NCBI GenBank assembly: GCA_965203295.1
Contig: CBDBCZ010000016.1
Location: forward strand, 1,456,110-1,520,109
DNA length: 64,000 bases
Source of the DNA: Nitrospirales bacterium
Lineage (GTDB): Bacteria; Nitrospirota; Nitrospiria; Nitrospirales; UBA8639
Reading direction: 5' to 3'
Shown here: positions 62,927 through 64,000 of the stretch, piece after piece
How the letters are laid out: every line of letters begins with the position of its first letter
Position numbering within the stretch: the first letter of the stretch is position 1
The notes under the pieces: generated by a model
What the model was told of the DNA's origin: nothing
The model's database searches: none
The model's input: the letters and a program-made list of their open reading frames with translations, nothing else
Translations under genes and position numbers: made by a program

Positions 62927-64000
62927 TTGTTTTACTTATTAAAGCTATATTAGGTACCATGAAGGGTAGTTTCCTGCATTAGGTATCCATAATATGTACA
63001 GGATAGACCTACACCCAACCGTACGTGTGTGCCATTATTATTCCAAGATAATGCCAAGGAATAAATACAAGACTTAGTGGGTTTATATGTATAGCAATTA
63101 GACTGTGGTTTGTACAGTATGAATGAGGTGTTTAAAATATCCACTAAGCACTTCATCATAATTATATATTTCATACAGAGAAATTGAAAGCTGGAAACCA
63201 TAGTCAAAGCTGCATGGTTGGTGCCCTCAGGTAGGTATTTTAGCCGTTTAGAGACTGTCAGGATGTCCTTGGTGGTTATAGGTAGCATCATTCACGTCTC
63301 TAAAACGACTAGGATTGTCTGAGGGCCTAAGTTATACATGATATTAGAGTGGATTTGATCTCTTTGACCACATTATGTATGTGTATATTCTACTGTGTAG
63401 TAGCATAGCAAATTTCTTCCATAAGATTTTTAGAAACGAGAATGACAGGTGTGGCTTTTACAGGGTCATGAATACATTAACAGCAGAGTTGGAGCGTATG
63501 ATTGTTTACACATTATATGCGGTGGTCATCTTTTTCCTGCGCCATCCCTACATATGGACTCCAGGAGTACTACTGTACTCCACTAGGGTGTATGCCTGAA
63601 GGTAGGCTAATGAGGGTTACATGTTGGCACCAGCAAGAGAGCAGCCATCATACATTTCAGGGACGCTGCCAAAGCCACTGGGTTTCTTACAAGGTGCTTT
63701 TTCATCTTCTCGCTTACCAAGTCTTCCATTTTCAAATTCTCATGAGCTCTGTGCCTAAAACATCTGACTTTGAGGTCCATTTCTTTGTGCCTCATTTTAG
63801 GTTTCCAACATGCGAGAAACTAGATAGCTATACTGCAACATTTCAAATGAAGCCAGTTGATGCAGCATCATAGTGACTCTTAGTGACTCTTGGTGTTGTA
63901 GTCAGTGGCGTGGCTTACTGCCTGGCAACTGGTCAAGGCTAGTAAACATGCATGCATCTCCTGGGTGATTGTTTATACAGATAGGCTGTTCAAGTTCCTT

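Larger units (their letters stand above)
46576..64000 (+). repeat. Segmental duplication, second copy
   Basis: As above; runs off the end of the window. Confidence 0.95.

Overview
This is eukaryotic genomic DNA (about 40% GC by eye), most likely from a demosponge; that host assignment is inferred from the protein family and repeat types. The window is a tandem array of seven intact, single-exon, minus-strand genes (called A-G here) for secreted 390-394 aa cysteine-rich proteins with a fibrinogen-C/COLFI-like domain start. They form a higher-order three-gene repeat of about 24-27 kb, which includes an apparently identical ~17.3 kb block repeated at an offset of 24,145 bp. The genes look like recombinant mosaics of two ancestral types: homogenised cores, divergent N-termini and divergent flanks. 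The spacers are a patchwork of a few modules reused in both orientations, forming large imperfect palindromes and carrying about ten frameshifted relics of one short segment of a diverged paralogue. Inserted elements: three copies of a 5'-truncated Naiad-type Penelope-like retroelement (each split by a TA-TSD MITE), a non-autonomous Helitron seen in filled, empty and deleted states, TAG..CTA MITEs with 9-bp TSDs (one nested in its own family), and a tRNA-like repeat. No prokaryotic features or CRISPR were seen. Two segments (about 17.9-19.1 kb and 43.95-44.26 kb) may be assembly artefacts.
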